Assembly: GCA_052327205.1 (NCBI GenBank)
Contig: CM126207.1
Location: 27,776,001-27,840,000, forward strand
DNA: 64,000 nucleotides
Source: Somniosus microcephalus
Lineage: Eukaryota
Direction: 5' to 3'
Part shown: positions 12,800 to 25,300 of the stretch, piece after piece
Position numbering within the stretch: position 1 is the stretch's first letter
Layout of the letters: each line of letters starts with the position of its first letter
The notes under the pieces: model-generated
Seen by the model: only the letters and a program-made list of their open reading frames with translations
Told to the model about the DNA's origin: nothing
Database searches by the model: none
Made by a program: the position numbers and the translations under genes

Positions 12800-13515
12800 T
12801 TGTCTATTCCCTCCCCATTCTCCCTATTACACTGACACAATATGGCCACTTACTTTCTGGCCAGGGCCCATACAGCTCTAAGTCCAGTGTAAAGTTACAC
12901 TGTCTGGTGCTAATAATATCTCGCTTTCACTGTATCGCTCTTCTAATGTGTTTTCCTAATAAGTGACATCCTAGACCTTTGATGACCTGGATCTGTGTCC
13001 TATCAAACTTCAGCTACACATGTGTGGTTTTGTGTCTTCACAATTATGCTATTGGATAAATGTGACTTAATTTGAAACCAGTTCTGTTCACGGCAGTGAA
13101 ATATTAGATTCAAGCGGGTTGATTTTAACCTACTCTGTTGGGCACAAATGGTCCTGAGCTCATGAAAAATGCTATAGAAATGCAAAATTGTTCTTCTTAA
13201 GTTGCCATTCTCGCACAAAGGCTGATGTGAGAAATGGGACCGTATGGAGGGAGCTCTACCATGCATCTAACCTGTGCTATATCTAGCTTGGAAATGTTTG
13301 CTGTAGATAGTGGGTAGAAAATGTTTCCATTCTCCAGACCTCTCATCCTTCACCTTGCTGAGCACAAAAACACACCCTCAAACAAATAAATTGCTAAATA
13401 TTTCTAATGTAAAATATCACAACACCAGAATTGTGACCCCTGATCTATCTGTAAGTTGAGACCCTAAAAATTAAATCTGAATATTGTGGTCGTCATTGTA
13501 GGATACCCTCTCAAT

Positions 13516-13620
13516 GGGGGTAATTTTGTCTTTGTGCGATAGTGACTTCAGTGGAAATGATAACGGGCGGTTGATCCAATATCGCCCGCTTTACACTATC
13601 GCACAAGTCAAAATTACTCT
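13516..13620. mobile_element. About 105-bp palindromic MITE
   Basis: GGGGTAATTTTGTCTTTGTGCGATAGTG ... CACTATCGCACAAGTCAAAATTACTC, with an inner hairpin CGGGCG...CGCCCG. Confidence 0.7.
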
Positions 13621-13670
13621 GAGTTTTTGTTCTGTGACGTCATCACGGGAAGATGACAATTAGAAACCGA

Positions 13671-14549
13671 GGGGGTGATTTTGCCAGCCCTGGGGAGGCG
13701 GATACGGTGGCGGGACTGCCGGGAAAATGGCAGAATTTCCAAGAGGCGGGTAGCCCTCCCGCGCCGGGTCCCGTCTCCTTGGAGGCGGGAAGAGATTAAA
13801 GCCTATTAACTATCTATTAACTACCTGTTAACAGGCAGAAAATAGGATTATCCCCTTTTTGCCCTCAGGTGCGGGCTTCTTGGTGGCTCCAAAACCTGCC
13901 AGCTCAGTGAGGCGAGTACTGGGTCTGTGGGGGTCGGGGGCAGGGGGGGGGTGCAAAAGTGTGGTGTGAAGGTAAGTGATGGGTGCAAGAGTGTGGAGGT
14001 GAGTATCTGAGGTAAGTGCAAAGTGTTAGTGAAAGTGTACTTACCTTTGTTTCTTCCTGCAGGCTTCAGTCGGTTTCTTCCTGCAGGCTTCAGTCGGTTT
14101 CTTCCTGCAGGCTTCAGTCGGTTTCTTCCTGCAGCCTTCAGTCGGTTTCTATGCGGAGAGTCTCGCACCTCCGTGTTGCAGATGAGAGATGGCCATTGCA
14201 TTCTCAGATGCAACAAACATCTCATTTCTGTAAATGAAAGAAGGTTGATGAGGTCTTGTATGCAAGACCTCATCAAACTGCAGAGATTGTCACTGTCTGA
14301 CAGCTTCACAGAGCTGTCAAACGATGACAATTCATCTGTCAAAAAATGTTGACAAATGAAATGTCATACGTTGACGTGCTCTGCAACCGGCTTTCCCTTG
14401 ATTGGCCTGCTAAGCCCGCTGGACGGGCTTAACAAGGTCAATCAAGGGAAAATAGCATGAGTTGGCCACAAATTGATGGAGGTGGAACATCGACCCGACA
14501 AGCAACAGTCCCGCCTCCAACGCGCCTCCATTCACAAAATGCCCCCCCC
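13671..14549. mobile_element. Non-autonomous Harbinger-like element
   Basis: Ends GGGGGTGATTTTG / CAAAATGCCCCC; related to 7176-8020. Confidence 0.55.
14049..14149 (+). repeat. 24-bp tandem repeat, about 4 copies
   Basis: Unit GTTTCTTCCTGCAGGCTTCAGTCG. Confidence 0.95.
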
Positions 14550-14939
14550 AAGTTTCTGCCATCAGGATAGAACGAGTCCACTAAGAGCACTCCTCCAAGC
14601 TTGCTACACAACAGCTTTATCAGAGATCTAGGATCAGGACTCTTATCTGCCTTGTTCAGCTAAAAATGAAGTCTGGCATTGGAGAGATCTGAAAAAAGGG
14701 GAACTGGAGAACAATTCAAAAAAACATATCCCATTCCGTCCTCCCTGAGAGAAAATAAATAGAGGGTAAGTTGGTGAGGCCTATTAAAAAGAGACAGACT
14801 TGCTGGGTCCAATGGTGTGTAACTGTTCCTTAAAAAAAATAAAAAAAAAAATTCTCAAAATTGGCTTTAAAATTGTAAGTTTTTCTGAGAAGTGACTAAA
14901 AGTTATAAATAAGCAAATATGTGTGATTTTGTTTTCCAG

Positions 14940-15053
14940 CTCTTTGAATTCATGAATTTTATGGCTGAGAATTTCATCTTCTGCTACATGGGTGTCGCAC
15001 TATTTACCTACCAGAACCACATCTTCAATGCCCTCTTCATTTTTGGAGCCTTT
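14940..15053 (+). CDS. SLC9A9: Internal coding exon of sodium/hydrogen exchanger 9 (NHE9)
   Basis: Acceptor TTTTCCAG, 114 nt encoding [38 protein letters not shown]. From memory this is closer to NHE9 than to NHE6/7. Donor GTATCCTT. Confidence 0.92.
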
Positions 15054-15179
15054 GTATCCTTTTTTCTAAACATTTTGTTACGATCCTACAGTAACAGAGA
15101 AATGGTGAAAAGGCTTGGTTTATTTTTACCACTTTGCTGAAATAGGAGCGCGTCAGAATCAGTTCAACGGCAGCAGCAG

Positions 15180-17010
15180 CATCAGCAACAACAGCTTGCG
15201 TTTGTATAGCGCTTTTAACATAGAAAAAATTCCCAACGGCACTTCATGGAGGTGTAAGGAAAATATGAACGGCAAGCTGAAGTTGGAGATATTGGGAAGG
15301 GCGACCAAAAGGTTGATCAAAGAGGTGGGTTTAAAGGAGAGACTTAAAGAAAGAGAGGTGGAGGGACTTTACAGCCTTCCGGATTCAGTATCAAGTTCAA
15401 CAATTTCAGATCATAACCTCGGCCCCTATTACATTTTTATACATATATTTTATCCACTCCTTTGTTTTGTGCCCTTCCCCCTTTTTTTCTCTCCCACATG
15501 GCAGCTGTCTCTCATTCTGCCAGCGCATTTCACACCTAATCTAGAGCCGTGTCTTGTCTCTCCACTAGTCCTATCACCATCTCGTCTGGTTTTGAATACC
15601 TCTTAATGTCTCTTCACTTCTCTTTTGTTCTCTTATCCCCATTTCCCAGCCCCCAAACTGGCCTTTTAATCTGTTTCATTTCCTATGTTTTTTTCTCAGT
15701 CCTGACGAAGGGTTTCGACCTGAAACGTTGACTCTATTTCTCTCTCCACGGATGTTGCCTGGCCTGCTGAGTTTTTCCAGCATTTTCTGTTGTTATTTTG
15801 GCTTTCCAGCATTCGCAATATTTTGCTATCGAGAGGTGGAGGGGTTTAGGGAGGGAATTCCAGAGTGTGCGGCCTATGCGCCTGAAAGTGTCAGTGGTGG
15901 GACGAAGGCAAGGTGGATACACAAGAGGCCAGAATCAGAGGAATGTGGAGTTCTGGGGGTGGGTGAGGGTTTGGAGTTAGGGTTGGAAGAGGTTACAGAG
16001 ATGGGAGTGGTGAGGCAATGATGGGGCTTAAATGCAAGGATGAGAATTTAAAATTTGAGGCACTGGGGGACCGGGAGCCAATGTAGGTTAGTGAGGACCG
16101 TAGTGATGGGGGAGCATGACTTAGTGCAGTATAGAATATGGGCAGCAGAGTTTTGGATGAGCTTAGGTTTTCGGAGAGCATTTGGTGACCAAGACCTGGA
16201 TGAGGGTTTCAGCAGCCCAGGGCAGAGGCCGGTGAAGTTACAGAGGTGGAAGTAGGCGATTTTTGTAGCTAAGAATATATGGGGTCAAATACTTAACTCA
16301 GGGTTGAATAGTACGACAAGTTGCAAGCAGTCTGGTTCAACCTGAGACAGTGACTGGGATGGAATTGTTGTCAAGGGTACGGAGTTTGGGGTGGGAACCG
16401 AAGATGATGGCTTCGGTCTTACCAATGTTTAGCTGGAGGAAATTGCTGTTCATCCAAGACTAAATATTTCCACAGACAGTAAAGATGTCCGTGAGCTCCT
16501 CACACTTTTTGTTGGAGGTGCGAGTGAAGGGGCAGCAGAGAGGGATTTAAGGAAATCGTTGATTGTGAAGAAAATAAGCCAGGGGGTTGCTCTTCAAGAT
16601 AATCCTGGACTAGTGGGTGGTTTTGGCAGAGGAGAGCGATGCCTGACGGTGCTTGAGATGGTCCAGCCAGATTCTTTGATTGATGGCTAAACCAGTTGTG
16701 TACCAGATATGTTTAATCTGCACCCCTTGGACTTGAGGGAGTGAAGATGAGGGCCATGCCAGGGGGAATGACTGGGATGGGAGGGAGTAAAGCTTCTGCT
16801 GGGGACAAGGGCATCAAAGGTAGAGGTAAGGGCATGGTTGAGCAGACCGACAGCTGCAGAAGCACTGTGAATGGAAGGCCAAAAGTTATACAGTTGGGAA
16901 TTTGCAAGTACAGTTGCAAGTGACTTTTGGGGGGGAGGGAGAGAGAATTTTCTTCCAAGGACAGTGCAGAAGGAAGTGGGGTTTGAAGGGGTGCAGGGAG
17001 TGCAAGATAC
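15180..17010 (-). mobile_element. Degraded L2-type LINE 3' fragments, interrupted by Penelope
   Basis: The tail CAACAACAGCTTGCGTTTGTATAGCGCTTTTAAC recurs in the window (about 28835, 29240, 47380, 60210). Decayed RT-like sequence follows. Boundaries are approximate. Confidence 0.5.
15366..15830 (+). mobile_element. Penelope-like element fragment with target-site duplication
   Basis: Flanked by the 13-bp direct repeat GAGAGGTGGAGGG (15353-15365, 15831-15843). Contains hammerhead-like CTGACGAAGGGTTTCGACCTGAAACGTTGACT. Confidence 0.8.
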
Positions 17011-18625
17011 AAGGAAGTGGCCGGAGCTCTAGTGTGCCATTTTCCATTTCCCACAACAGACATCTGGCGACCTCTGAGTAAGATTGCCAATTCAGTCTTA
17101 AAATTGCCATTGCCCACTACAAACACTTTGACACTGCACCAATTTCTCATAGGCGCGTTACAACCAACAGGCAGGAGAGACTTTCATACCACAACCCGAG
17201 CTGGATGTAAAAGCCATTGCTTAACCCACTGTGCCATTCATTCCCTGAAATCAGGATTTTCAATGTGATGAGTTCCTGGCTTCAAATATAGATGTTGAAC
17301 AAAGATCAAGCAATTCTGCACAGAGGGGGAAAATTAGAGGGAGCGCCATACAAAATCTCTCTCGTTCACCACATAGCTGGCAATTATTGAGTGATAACTG
17401 TGGATTCTTGGTCTCGATCAGGGCAAGAATGCACAAAATTAGAGTCAGTTGCTGATATGCCAGAAAGTTCTATGGATCCACGGCGGCCCACTCTATTTGC
17501 AATTGCCATGGAGACCATAGCTCTGACCTGATTTAGGAGCCTTTTCATTGTGGCACAGAGATTGTTTCTAATTTGACCCTTTCAGAATTGGAACCTGGAT
17601 AGCTGGAAGATAATAGTGTTTAATTTTGCAGGGTTGTGTGTGTAATTGTCACAATGTGAGCATTCCATTGTTTCACATGCTGCTGAGTCGAACAGCAATT
17701 AGATCAGAAATGAGACATGCCAATGACTGGCTCAATGGGCATCTTATTGTTTAAAACAAATACTCTGGGCTGCGTATCGAAAGCGTATTTTTTAATTAAA
17801 AGGAATCCACCAAGTCCCCCAATAATTTTGCCACTTTCTTGGCTAAATTAAGCATTTTAACCACGCCATATGTAGACCAAGGCTTCAACAGCTTGCATTT
17901 ATGGAGACACATCGCAGAACACTTAACAGATGGGAGAAGCAAATGGACACCAAGTGGGAGGAAAAAGAATAGGCAGAATGGAGGTTACGGGTGGGCCAAG
18001 AGACTAGTTGAAGAGAAAAGTAGTTGTTCGGCTCTTGAGGGCGGGCATTGAAGGGATTTTTACTAGTCCTAGCCCCTTTAGGGTTACCCCAGATCAGGTG
18101 TATTGCTCAGACGTTCACTTTCAACTAAAGTTTGAGGTAGTCGAATCCTAAAGACGCTTAATTGGGTCTAAAGGTCCGGGCTATCTCTCCCTAAAGGAAA
18201 AGGAACAACCCGAGAATGTTACTGATGTAAGAGAACTACTAGGCACTTGGTCAGAGTATTAAACAAGGCTTTAATCGACTGTTTCACAACATGGAAGTCT
18301 AGTTATCCTTCACTAGTTCCTGCTTACAAAATGTCCCTGAGCAAGTTGGACCCGTGCCCGAGTATTTATACTCTCCCTGGACAGCGCCACCAGCAGGCCG
18401 CCCAGTATATTCCCTAAGTCCTTTCTACATAAATGGCACGATTTATGTCAGTTATCGTCCTCCAGATAGCGCTTTTAATAAGTTTAGCTAGACTGTAACG
18501 TCCCAGATATTATGAGGGTCTGGAAAACTCCCTCAGAATTCTGCAACTCTTCACCAAAGAGTGTACAGAAATTGAGTTCACAAGTTTTTGATACAGAAGA
18601 CTTGAGACAATTCTAAAAATATATA

Positions 18626-18979
18626 GGAGGAAAAATTCAGTTGTTTGCGCCTCCCGTTAGCGCCTTAAGAGGGCGCTAATGGGGCGCAAAGCAACTAGTG
18701 CCCGGGCGCGGCGATGTTTACGCCACTCGCGAAATTAACTAGACATTTTGCGGCAGCGCTAAACACTACTGCCACGATCTCCTGCGCCAGCAGATTGTGA
18801 CGTCAGTCAAGTGCGCAACGCCCCGTTAGTGCCCCGGACCGGATATTGAGTGGCGCCCCCTGCCTTACCACCTGCCGCTAGCAACAACAGGTTGAGGGTT
18901 GTGTTTTGCTGTCAGAGGGGAGCGCTATTTAAAGGCGACCGCTTCCTGCCGTTTTTTGTCTGTGACATTTTTGCACCAC

Positions 18980-19010
<31 letters not shown>

Positions 19011-19299
19011 CTTCTGGAGAGATTCAATGCTGTGTGAAGGAGTTTTGAGTACTGAGCAGCACTTTGCAGGTTTATTTTGATTTGCCCTTCCTTGCTTTGC
19101 CAGCGCTCTGAGGTAGTGCCTCGCTCCTCGGCCTTTGCGCCTTAAGACAGGTGTGAAGCGCCTGATTTAGTGCTCCAATCACCTCCAGGGGCGATAAAAG
19201 CCAAGTTTGCTGTCGGAGGCGATAATTAGCGCCAGGCGCTAAACTTTGTGCCTGGCCGATAATGGTGCCGCAAACGGGGCGATACTGAATTTTTCCCTC
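18626..19299. mobile_element. Non-autonomous Harbinger-like element
   Basis: TIRs GGAGGAAAAATTCAGT / ACTGAATTTTTCCCTC with 3-bp TSD ATA; CpG-rich interior. Confidence 0.75.
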
Positions 19300-19604
19300 A
19301 TAGAGATTTATTAAAGAACCGACATGCAATTTACAGTTGGTGAATCAATCAATCGCAACATTAACAGTTTTAAAAAGAGAAAAAATACTAGCTTTTTAAC
19401 AGAGAATCTTTCTTTTAAATCTTAACTTCGCTACAGTATTACAGTACTTAAAGGTTTCATAGACAGGATATCCATCAATATCAAATACCTTTGATCCCCG
19501 AGGTACAAAGAGTGGTAGATTACAGAGCCGCCTCTGAAGCCGAGAATCGCTTTGCCCGATTAAAGTGAGTCTGATATCCCATTTGAGAGTTCAATATTTA
19601 TACT

Positions 19605-19928
19605 CGATGGTCGGGGAGTCCAGAACCAGGGGTCACAGTCTAAGGATAAGGGGTAAGCCATTTAGGACAGAGATGAGGAGGAATTTCTTCACCCAGAGAG
19701 TGGTGAACCTGTGGAATTCTCTACCACAGAAGGCAGTAGAGGCCAATTCATTAAATATATTCAAGAAGGAGTTGGATATATTTCTTAAGGCTAAAGGGAT
19801 CAAGGGATATGGAGAGAAGGCAGGAACGGGGTACTGAATTTGGATGATCAACCATGATCTCATTGAATGGCGGAGCAGGCTCGAGGGGCCGAATGGCCTA
19901 CTCCTGCTCCTATCTTCTATGTTTCTAT
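19605..19928 (+). mobile_element. CR1 3' fragment
   Basis: Encodes ...TRGHSLRIRGKPFRTEMRRNFFTQRVVNLWNSLP..., followed by the CR1 tail. Confidence 0.9.
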
Positions 19929-20770
19929 ACCCTTTTCCAGTGGTATTTCCTTTAAGGTTTTCTGCTGATGCAAGTTAATTATCTTCATTCATCTTTCTGC
20001 CACATCAGCCAAAATCTTGTCTCATCTCCAGGTGTTCTGGGTTGACCATATAAAAATGGTGTGAACGGCAGGTGTTCCTTATTTTATGTTATCTTTATGA
20101 GGGCAGATGTTCCTTATCTTATGTGCCATCTTTACGAAGTTTAACTTAGAACACCTTATCCAGGGTGAACCATTGTTTTTGTTCTCAAAGGTCAGCCTGT
20201 CAGAGCCATGCACCTTCTGTTTCAATGAAGTTATTTATTCAGGGTCAACAACTGTCTTATCTCAATAGCCAGAATTCTTTCATAGCTATTTCATCGTTAG
20301 GTTTCTAAATTTCCAAACTCAGTTTGTCATGTTTTAATAAGTCCAGAGTTCTTTCATAAGATCGTGTAGTTTTCTGGATAGGTTATGTGGCTCATTCCTT
20401 CACAGCATGGTGGCTGAATGGGCAGTGGACAATGGTGGCGTGAAGAGGGCAAAGGATGAGGAGTAGACCAATGTCCCTGTAGTGTCGGTCCTATTTATGC
20501 CCTCTAGCCCTGGAGAGGAGCTTGAACACAACCTTCTGACTTGGAGGCAAGGATTCTTGCAGCTGAGCCAGAATGGTATGAACTCCATATTACCTAAATG
20601 AGTATACTCCAAATGGGTGCCTGGTGAGCTGTCATTGTCTTGCATTGACTGCAAGATGCTTGTTTACGTGCCTTCAGATGGTCTTTTTAAATGTGATACC
20701 TTTTTTTTGCTTTTGTGTTATAACTAGGACAGGAGAATAACTTGTTTTGGAACACAAGTGTGCTAAGTAA

Positions 20771-23700
20771 TTTTTTTTTTTTTATTCATTGATGGGATGT
20801 GGGCGTCGCTGGCTGGCTAGGCCTGCATTTAGTGTCCATCCCTAATTGCCCTTGAGAAGATGGTGGTGAGCCGCCTTCTTGAACCGCTGCAGTCCATATG
20901 GTGTAGGTACACCCACAATGCTGTTAGGAAGGGAGTTCCAGGATTTAGGCCCAGCGACAGTGAAGGAACGGCGATACAGGTCCAAGTCAGGATGGTGTGT
21001 GGCTTGGAGGGGAACTTGTAGGTGGTGATGTTCCCATGCGTCTGCTGCCCTTGTCCTTCTAAGTGGTAGAGGTCGCGGGTTTGGAAGGTGCTGTTGAAGG
21101 AGCTTTGGCGAGTGCTGCAGTGCATCTTGTAGATGGTACACACTGCAGCCACAGTGCGCCGGTGGTGGAGGGAGTGAATGTTGAAGGTGGTGGATGGAGT
21201 GCCAATCAAGCGGGCTGCTTTATCCTGAATGGTGTCGAGCTTCTTGAGTGTTGTTGGAGCTGCACTCATCCAGGCAAGTGGAGAGTATTCCATCACACTC
21301 CTGACTTGTGCCTTGTAGATGGTGGAAAGGCTTTGGGGAGTCAGGAGGTGAGACACTTGCTGCAGAATTCCCAGCCTCTGGCCTGCTCTTGTAGCCACAG
21401 TATTTATATGGCTGGTCCAGTTCAGTTTCTGATCAATGGTAACCCCCAGGATGTTGATAGTGGGGGATTCAGCGATGGTAATGCCATTGAATGTCAAGGG
21501 GAGATGGTTAGAGTCTCGCTTGTTGGAGATGGTCATTGCCTGGCACTTGTGTGGTGCGAATGTTACTTGCCACTTGTCAGCCCAAGTCTGAATGTTGTTC
21601 AGGTCTTGCTGCATATGGACACGGACTGCGTCAGTATCTGACGAGTCTCGAATGGTGCTGAACAGTGTGCAATCATCAGCGAACATCCCCACTTCTGACC
21701 TTATGATGGAGGGAAGGTCATTGATGAAACAGCTGAAGATGGTTGGGCCTAGGACACTGCCCTGAGGAACTCCTGCAGTGATGTCATGTGATTGAGATGA
21801 ATGACCTCCAACAACCACAGCCAACTTCCTTTGTGCTAGGTATGATTCCAACCAATGGAGAGTTTCCCCCTTGATTCCCATTGACTTCATTTTTGCTAGG
21901 GCTCCTTGATACCACACTCGATCAAATGCTGCTTTGATGTCAAGGGCAGTCACTCTCACCTCACCTCTTGAGTTCAGATCTTTTGTCCATGTTTGGACCA
22001 AGGCTGTAATGAGGTCAGGAGCTGAGTGGCCCTGGCGGAACCCAAACTGGGCGTCAGTTAGCAGGTTATTGCTGAGTAAGTGCCGCTTGATAGCACTGTC
22101 AATGACACCTTCCATCACTTTGCTGATGATTGAGAGTAGACTGATGGGACGGATTTGTCCTGCTTTTTGTAGACAGGACATACTTGGGCAATTTTCCACA
22201 TTGCCGGGTAGATGCCAGTGTTGTAGCTGTACTGGAACAGCTTGGCTAGGGGCGCAGCGAGTTCTGGAGCACAAGTTTTCAGTACTATTGCCGGAATGTT
22301 GTCAGGGCCCATAGCCTTTGCAGTATCCAGTGTCTTCAGCCATTTCTTGACATCACGTGGAGTGAATTGAATGGGCTGAAGACTGGCATCTGTGATGCTG
22401 GGGACCTCAGGAGGAGGCCGAGATGGATCATCCACTCGGCACTTCTGGCTGAAGATAGTTGCAAATGCTTCAGCCTTGTCTTTTGCACTCGCGTGCTGGG
22501 CTCCACCATCATTGATGATGGGGATATTTTTGGAGCCTCCTCCTCCTGTTAACTGTTTAATTGTCCACCACCACTCACGACTGGATGTGGCAGGACTGCA
22601 GAGCTTTGATTTGATCCGATGGTTGTGAGATCACTTAGCTCTGTCTATCGCATGTTGCTTCCGTTGTTTGGCATGCAAGTAGTCCTGTGTTGTAGCCTCA
22701 CCAGGTTGACACCTCATTTTTCGGTATGCCTAGTGCTGTTCCCGGCATGCTCGCCTGCACTCTTCGTTAAACCAGGGTTGATCTCCCGGCTTGATGGTAA
22801 TGGTAGAGTGAGGGATATGCCGGGCCATGAGGTTACAGATTGTGGTTGAATACAATTCTGCTGCTGCTGATGGCCCACAGCGCCTCATGGATGCCCAGTT
22901 TTGAGTTGCCAGATCTGTTCGAAATCTGTCCCATTTAGCACGGTGGTAGTGCCACACAACACGGTGGAGGGTATCCTCAACATGAAGACGGGACTTCGTC
23001 TGCACAAGGACCGTGCGGTGGTCACTTCCACCAATGCTGTCATCGACAGATGCATCTGCAACAGGTAGATTGGTGAGGACGAGATCAAGTAGGTTTTTCC
23101 CTCACCACCTGTCGCAGACCCAGTCTGGCAGCTATGTCCTTTAGGACTCGGCCAGCTCGGTCAGTTGTGGTGCTACCGAGCCACTCTTGGTGATGGACAT
23201 TGAAGTCCCCCACCCAGAGGACATTTTGTGCCCTTGCTACTCTCAGTGCTTCTTCCAATTGGTGTTCAACATGAAGGAGTACTGATTCATCAGCTGAGGG
23301 AGGGCAGTAGGTGGTAATCAGCAGGAGGTTTCCTTGCCCATGTTTGACTTGATGCCATGAGACCTCATGGGGTCCTGAGTCAATGTTGAGGACTCCCAGG
23401 GCTACTCCCTCCCGACTGTATACCACGGTGCCACCACCTCTGGTGGGTCTGTCCTGCCGGTGGGACAGGACATACCCAGGGATGGTGATGGTGGTGTCTG
23501 GGACATTGGTTGTAAGGTATGATTCGGTAATTATGACTATGTCAGGCTGTTGCTTGACTAGTCTGTGGGACAGCTCTCCCAATTTTGGCACAAGCCCCCA
23601 GTTGTTGGTAAGGAGGACTTTGCAGAGTCGACAGGGCTGGGTTTGCTGTTGTCGTTTCCGGTGCCGAGTGGTCCGTCCGGTTTTATTCTTACTGTTTTTC

Positions 23701-24042
23701 GTAGCGGTTGTTTACAACTGAGTGGCTTGCTTGGCCATTTCAGAGGGCATTAAGAGTCAACCACATTGCTGTGGGTCTGGAGTCACATGTAGGCCAGACC
23801 AGGTAAGGACGGCAGATTTCCTTCCCTAAAGGACATTAGTGAATCAGATGGGTTTTTGCAACAATCGACAATGGTATCATGGTCGCCATTACTAAGACTA
23901 ACATTTAATTCCAGAATTAAATTGAACTGAATTTAAATTCCACCAACTGCCGTGGTGGGATTTGAACCCATATTCTCAGAGCATTTGACTGAGCCTCTGG
24001 CTTACTAGTCTAGTGACATAACCACTACGCCACCGCCTCCCC
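20771..24042 (-). mobile_element. CR1-group LINE with tRNA-derived SINE-like 5' head and no ORF1
   Basis: Minus strand: A box TGGCGTAGTGGTT (24032-24020), B box GGTTCAAATCCC (23968-23957), about 300 nt of SINE-like body, then the endonuclease (KVLLTNNWGLVPKLGEL, ITES, VGDFN), RT (DIKAAFD, GVPQGSVLGP, FADD), and AATAAA running into poly(A). Confidence 0.88.
20829..23620 (-). pseudogene. LINE ORF2 (EN+RT) broken into several frames
   Basis: ORF pieces 23085-23591, 22730-23005, 22115-22435 and 20829-22274 are collinear parts of one EN-RT protein. Confidence 0.9.
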
Positions 24043-24104
24043 TCATTTGTTGACTATTTTCTATGGGGAGGGAGGTGGGCGATGTCTTGGACAAAAATAC
24101 CTGC

Positions 24105-25300
24105 TCACAATGGTGTTAAGTAAATTGGACATGTTCTCATTAGAAAGTAGAAGGTTGAGAGGTGATATGATTGCAGTTTTTAGCGTTCCAAAGGAACTAG
24201 ATAATGTAGACCATGACGAGCTATTTCACCTTGTTCAGAACAGTCGAACCGTGGAGCATAGCCTGTGCTTGAAAGGAGTAAATTTAAATCAAATCTGTGG
24301 AAACAATGGTCCCGATATTTACGGGGAGGTGGGGAGGTAGCGGGGTGGGGAGGTGGAGATGGGACTTGCAACAGCCGGGAAACCCGGAAGTACGGGTTTC
24401 TTGGAGATCCTGATGAATTTGTGGGTCAGAGGGGACATCTTGCGTGGGGGACCGTGGATAGAGTCGGGGGGAGCGGAGAGATGGAGGGGGGGGGCGTGGG
24501 TAGATCACAGGGGTCCGATTGCATTGAGTGGGACATGGGTTAGCTCGGTGGGGGGGGGTGCTGGTGGGAGGCAGGCCTGCTCCTCCTGGCCTAAAGCAGT
24601 GCTGGAAAAAGCACTTATCAGTTGTATCCGGCTGTTCTTGCCTCCCTTCAGCTACCGGGTTTCCTGGGCCCTAGGAAATCCAAACTGCAGGTGTTAAATC
24701 TAAAATGGAGCTAAAATTTGAGGCACGCAGCCTCATTAAAATAATTAAATGACACACCCACCTCTGGAGAGCAAGTTAGCCACCCACCCTGCAACCCACC
24801 TCTGTTAAAACCAGGTTGGAGGTGGGTTGGGGTCAGGCTTCCCACTTTTGAATTTTTAACCCCTCTCCTGCCCCTACTGGGGGGGGGGGGTTAAAAATCC
24901 CCTGCAATATTTCAGTGAGCAAGTGGTCAACCTATGGAACAGGCTCTCTCGGGAACAATGAAAATAGTTGGTATTGATTCATTCAAATGCAAATTAGATA
25001 GATATCTCTCCGAAATTAACATTTGGGGATACAGTATATGAGTAATTTAAGATATGACATATACTAAGGGTAGTGTGCTTGAAAGGAACAGTTGACTTTA
25101 GATCTATGGTATCCAAAGCTCTCCACCACTGGGGGTTTTCCTCACCTCATGTCTGGGTCTGTTGTAGACTCATTGATAGAGATTGATGGCTGTAATTAGT
25201 CAACAACTCCATTATGATTGTATGACGTGACTGTGAGGAGAGTGGAATGCAAACTAGATGGACCTTGTCTTTTTTCATCCAGTAATTCCTATGTTCCTAC
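24105..25300 (+). mobile_element. Old CR1 3' fragment interrupted by a DNA transposon
   Basis: LDMFSLESRRLRGDMIAVF... continues after 24905 with ...YFSEQVVNLWN and a degraded tail. Confidence 0.7.
24308..24905. mobile_element. Non-autonomous Harbinger-like element
   Basis: Cleanly interrupts a CR1 fragment with 3-bp TSD AAT; degenerate TIRs. Confidence 0.65.

Larger units (their letters stand above)
18049..20404 (-). mobile_element. Solo LTR(s), probably two nested, with later MITE and CR1 insertions
   Basis: TG...CA ends with a 4-bp direct repeat GCAT (18045-18048, 20405-20408). Two separate minus-strand TATA/polyA-signal pairs (about 18365/18272 and 19598/19307). Internal TGTAAC start at about 18494. 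Confidence 0.5.

Noticed and set aside
13848-14352. ORFs with repeated RFLPAGFS / GRNRLKPA peptides
   Set aside because: Artefact of a 24-bp tandem repeat inside a non-autonomous transposon.
23957-24042. tRNA gene
   Set aside because: A and B boxes are present, but I see no full cloverleaf and it is attached to a retroelement body, so it is treated as a tRNA-derived head.
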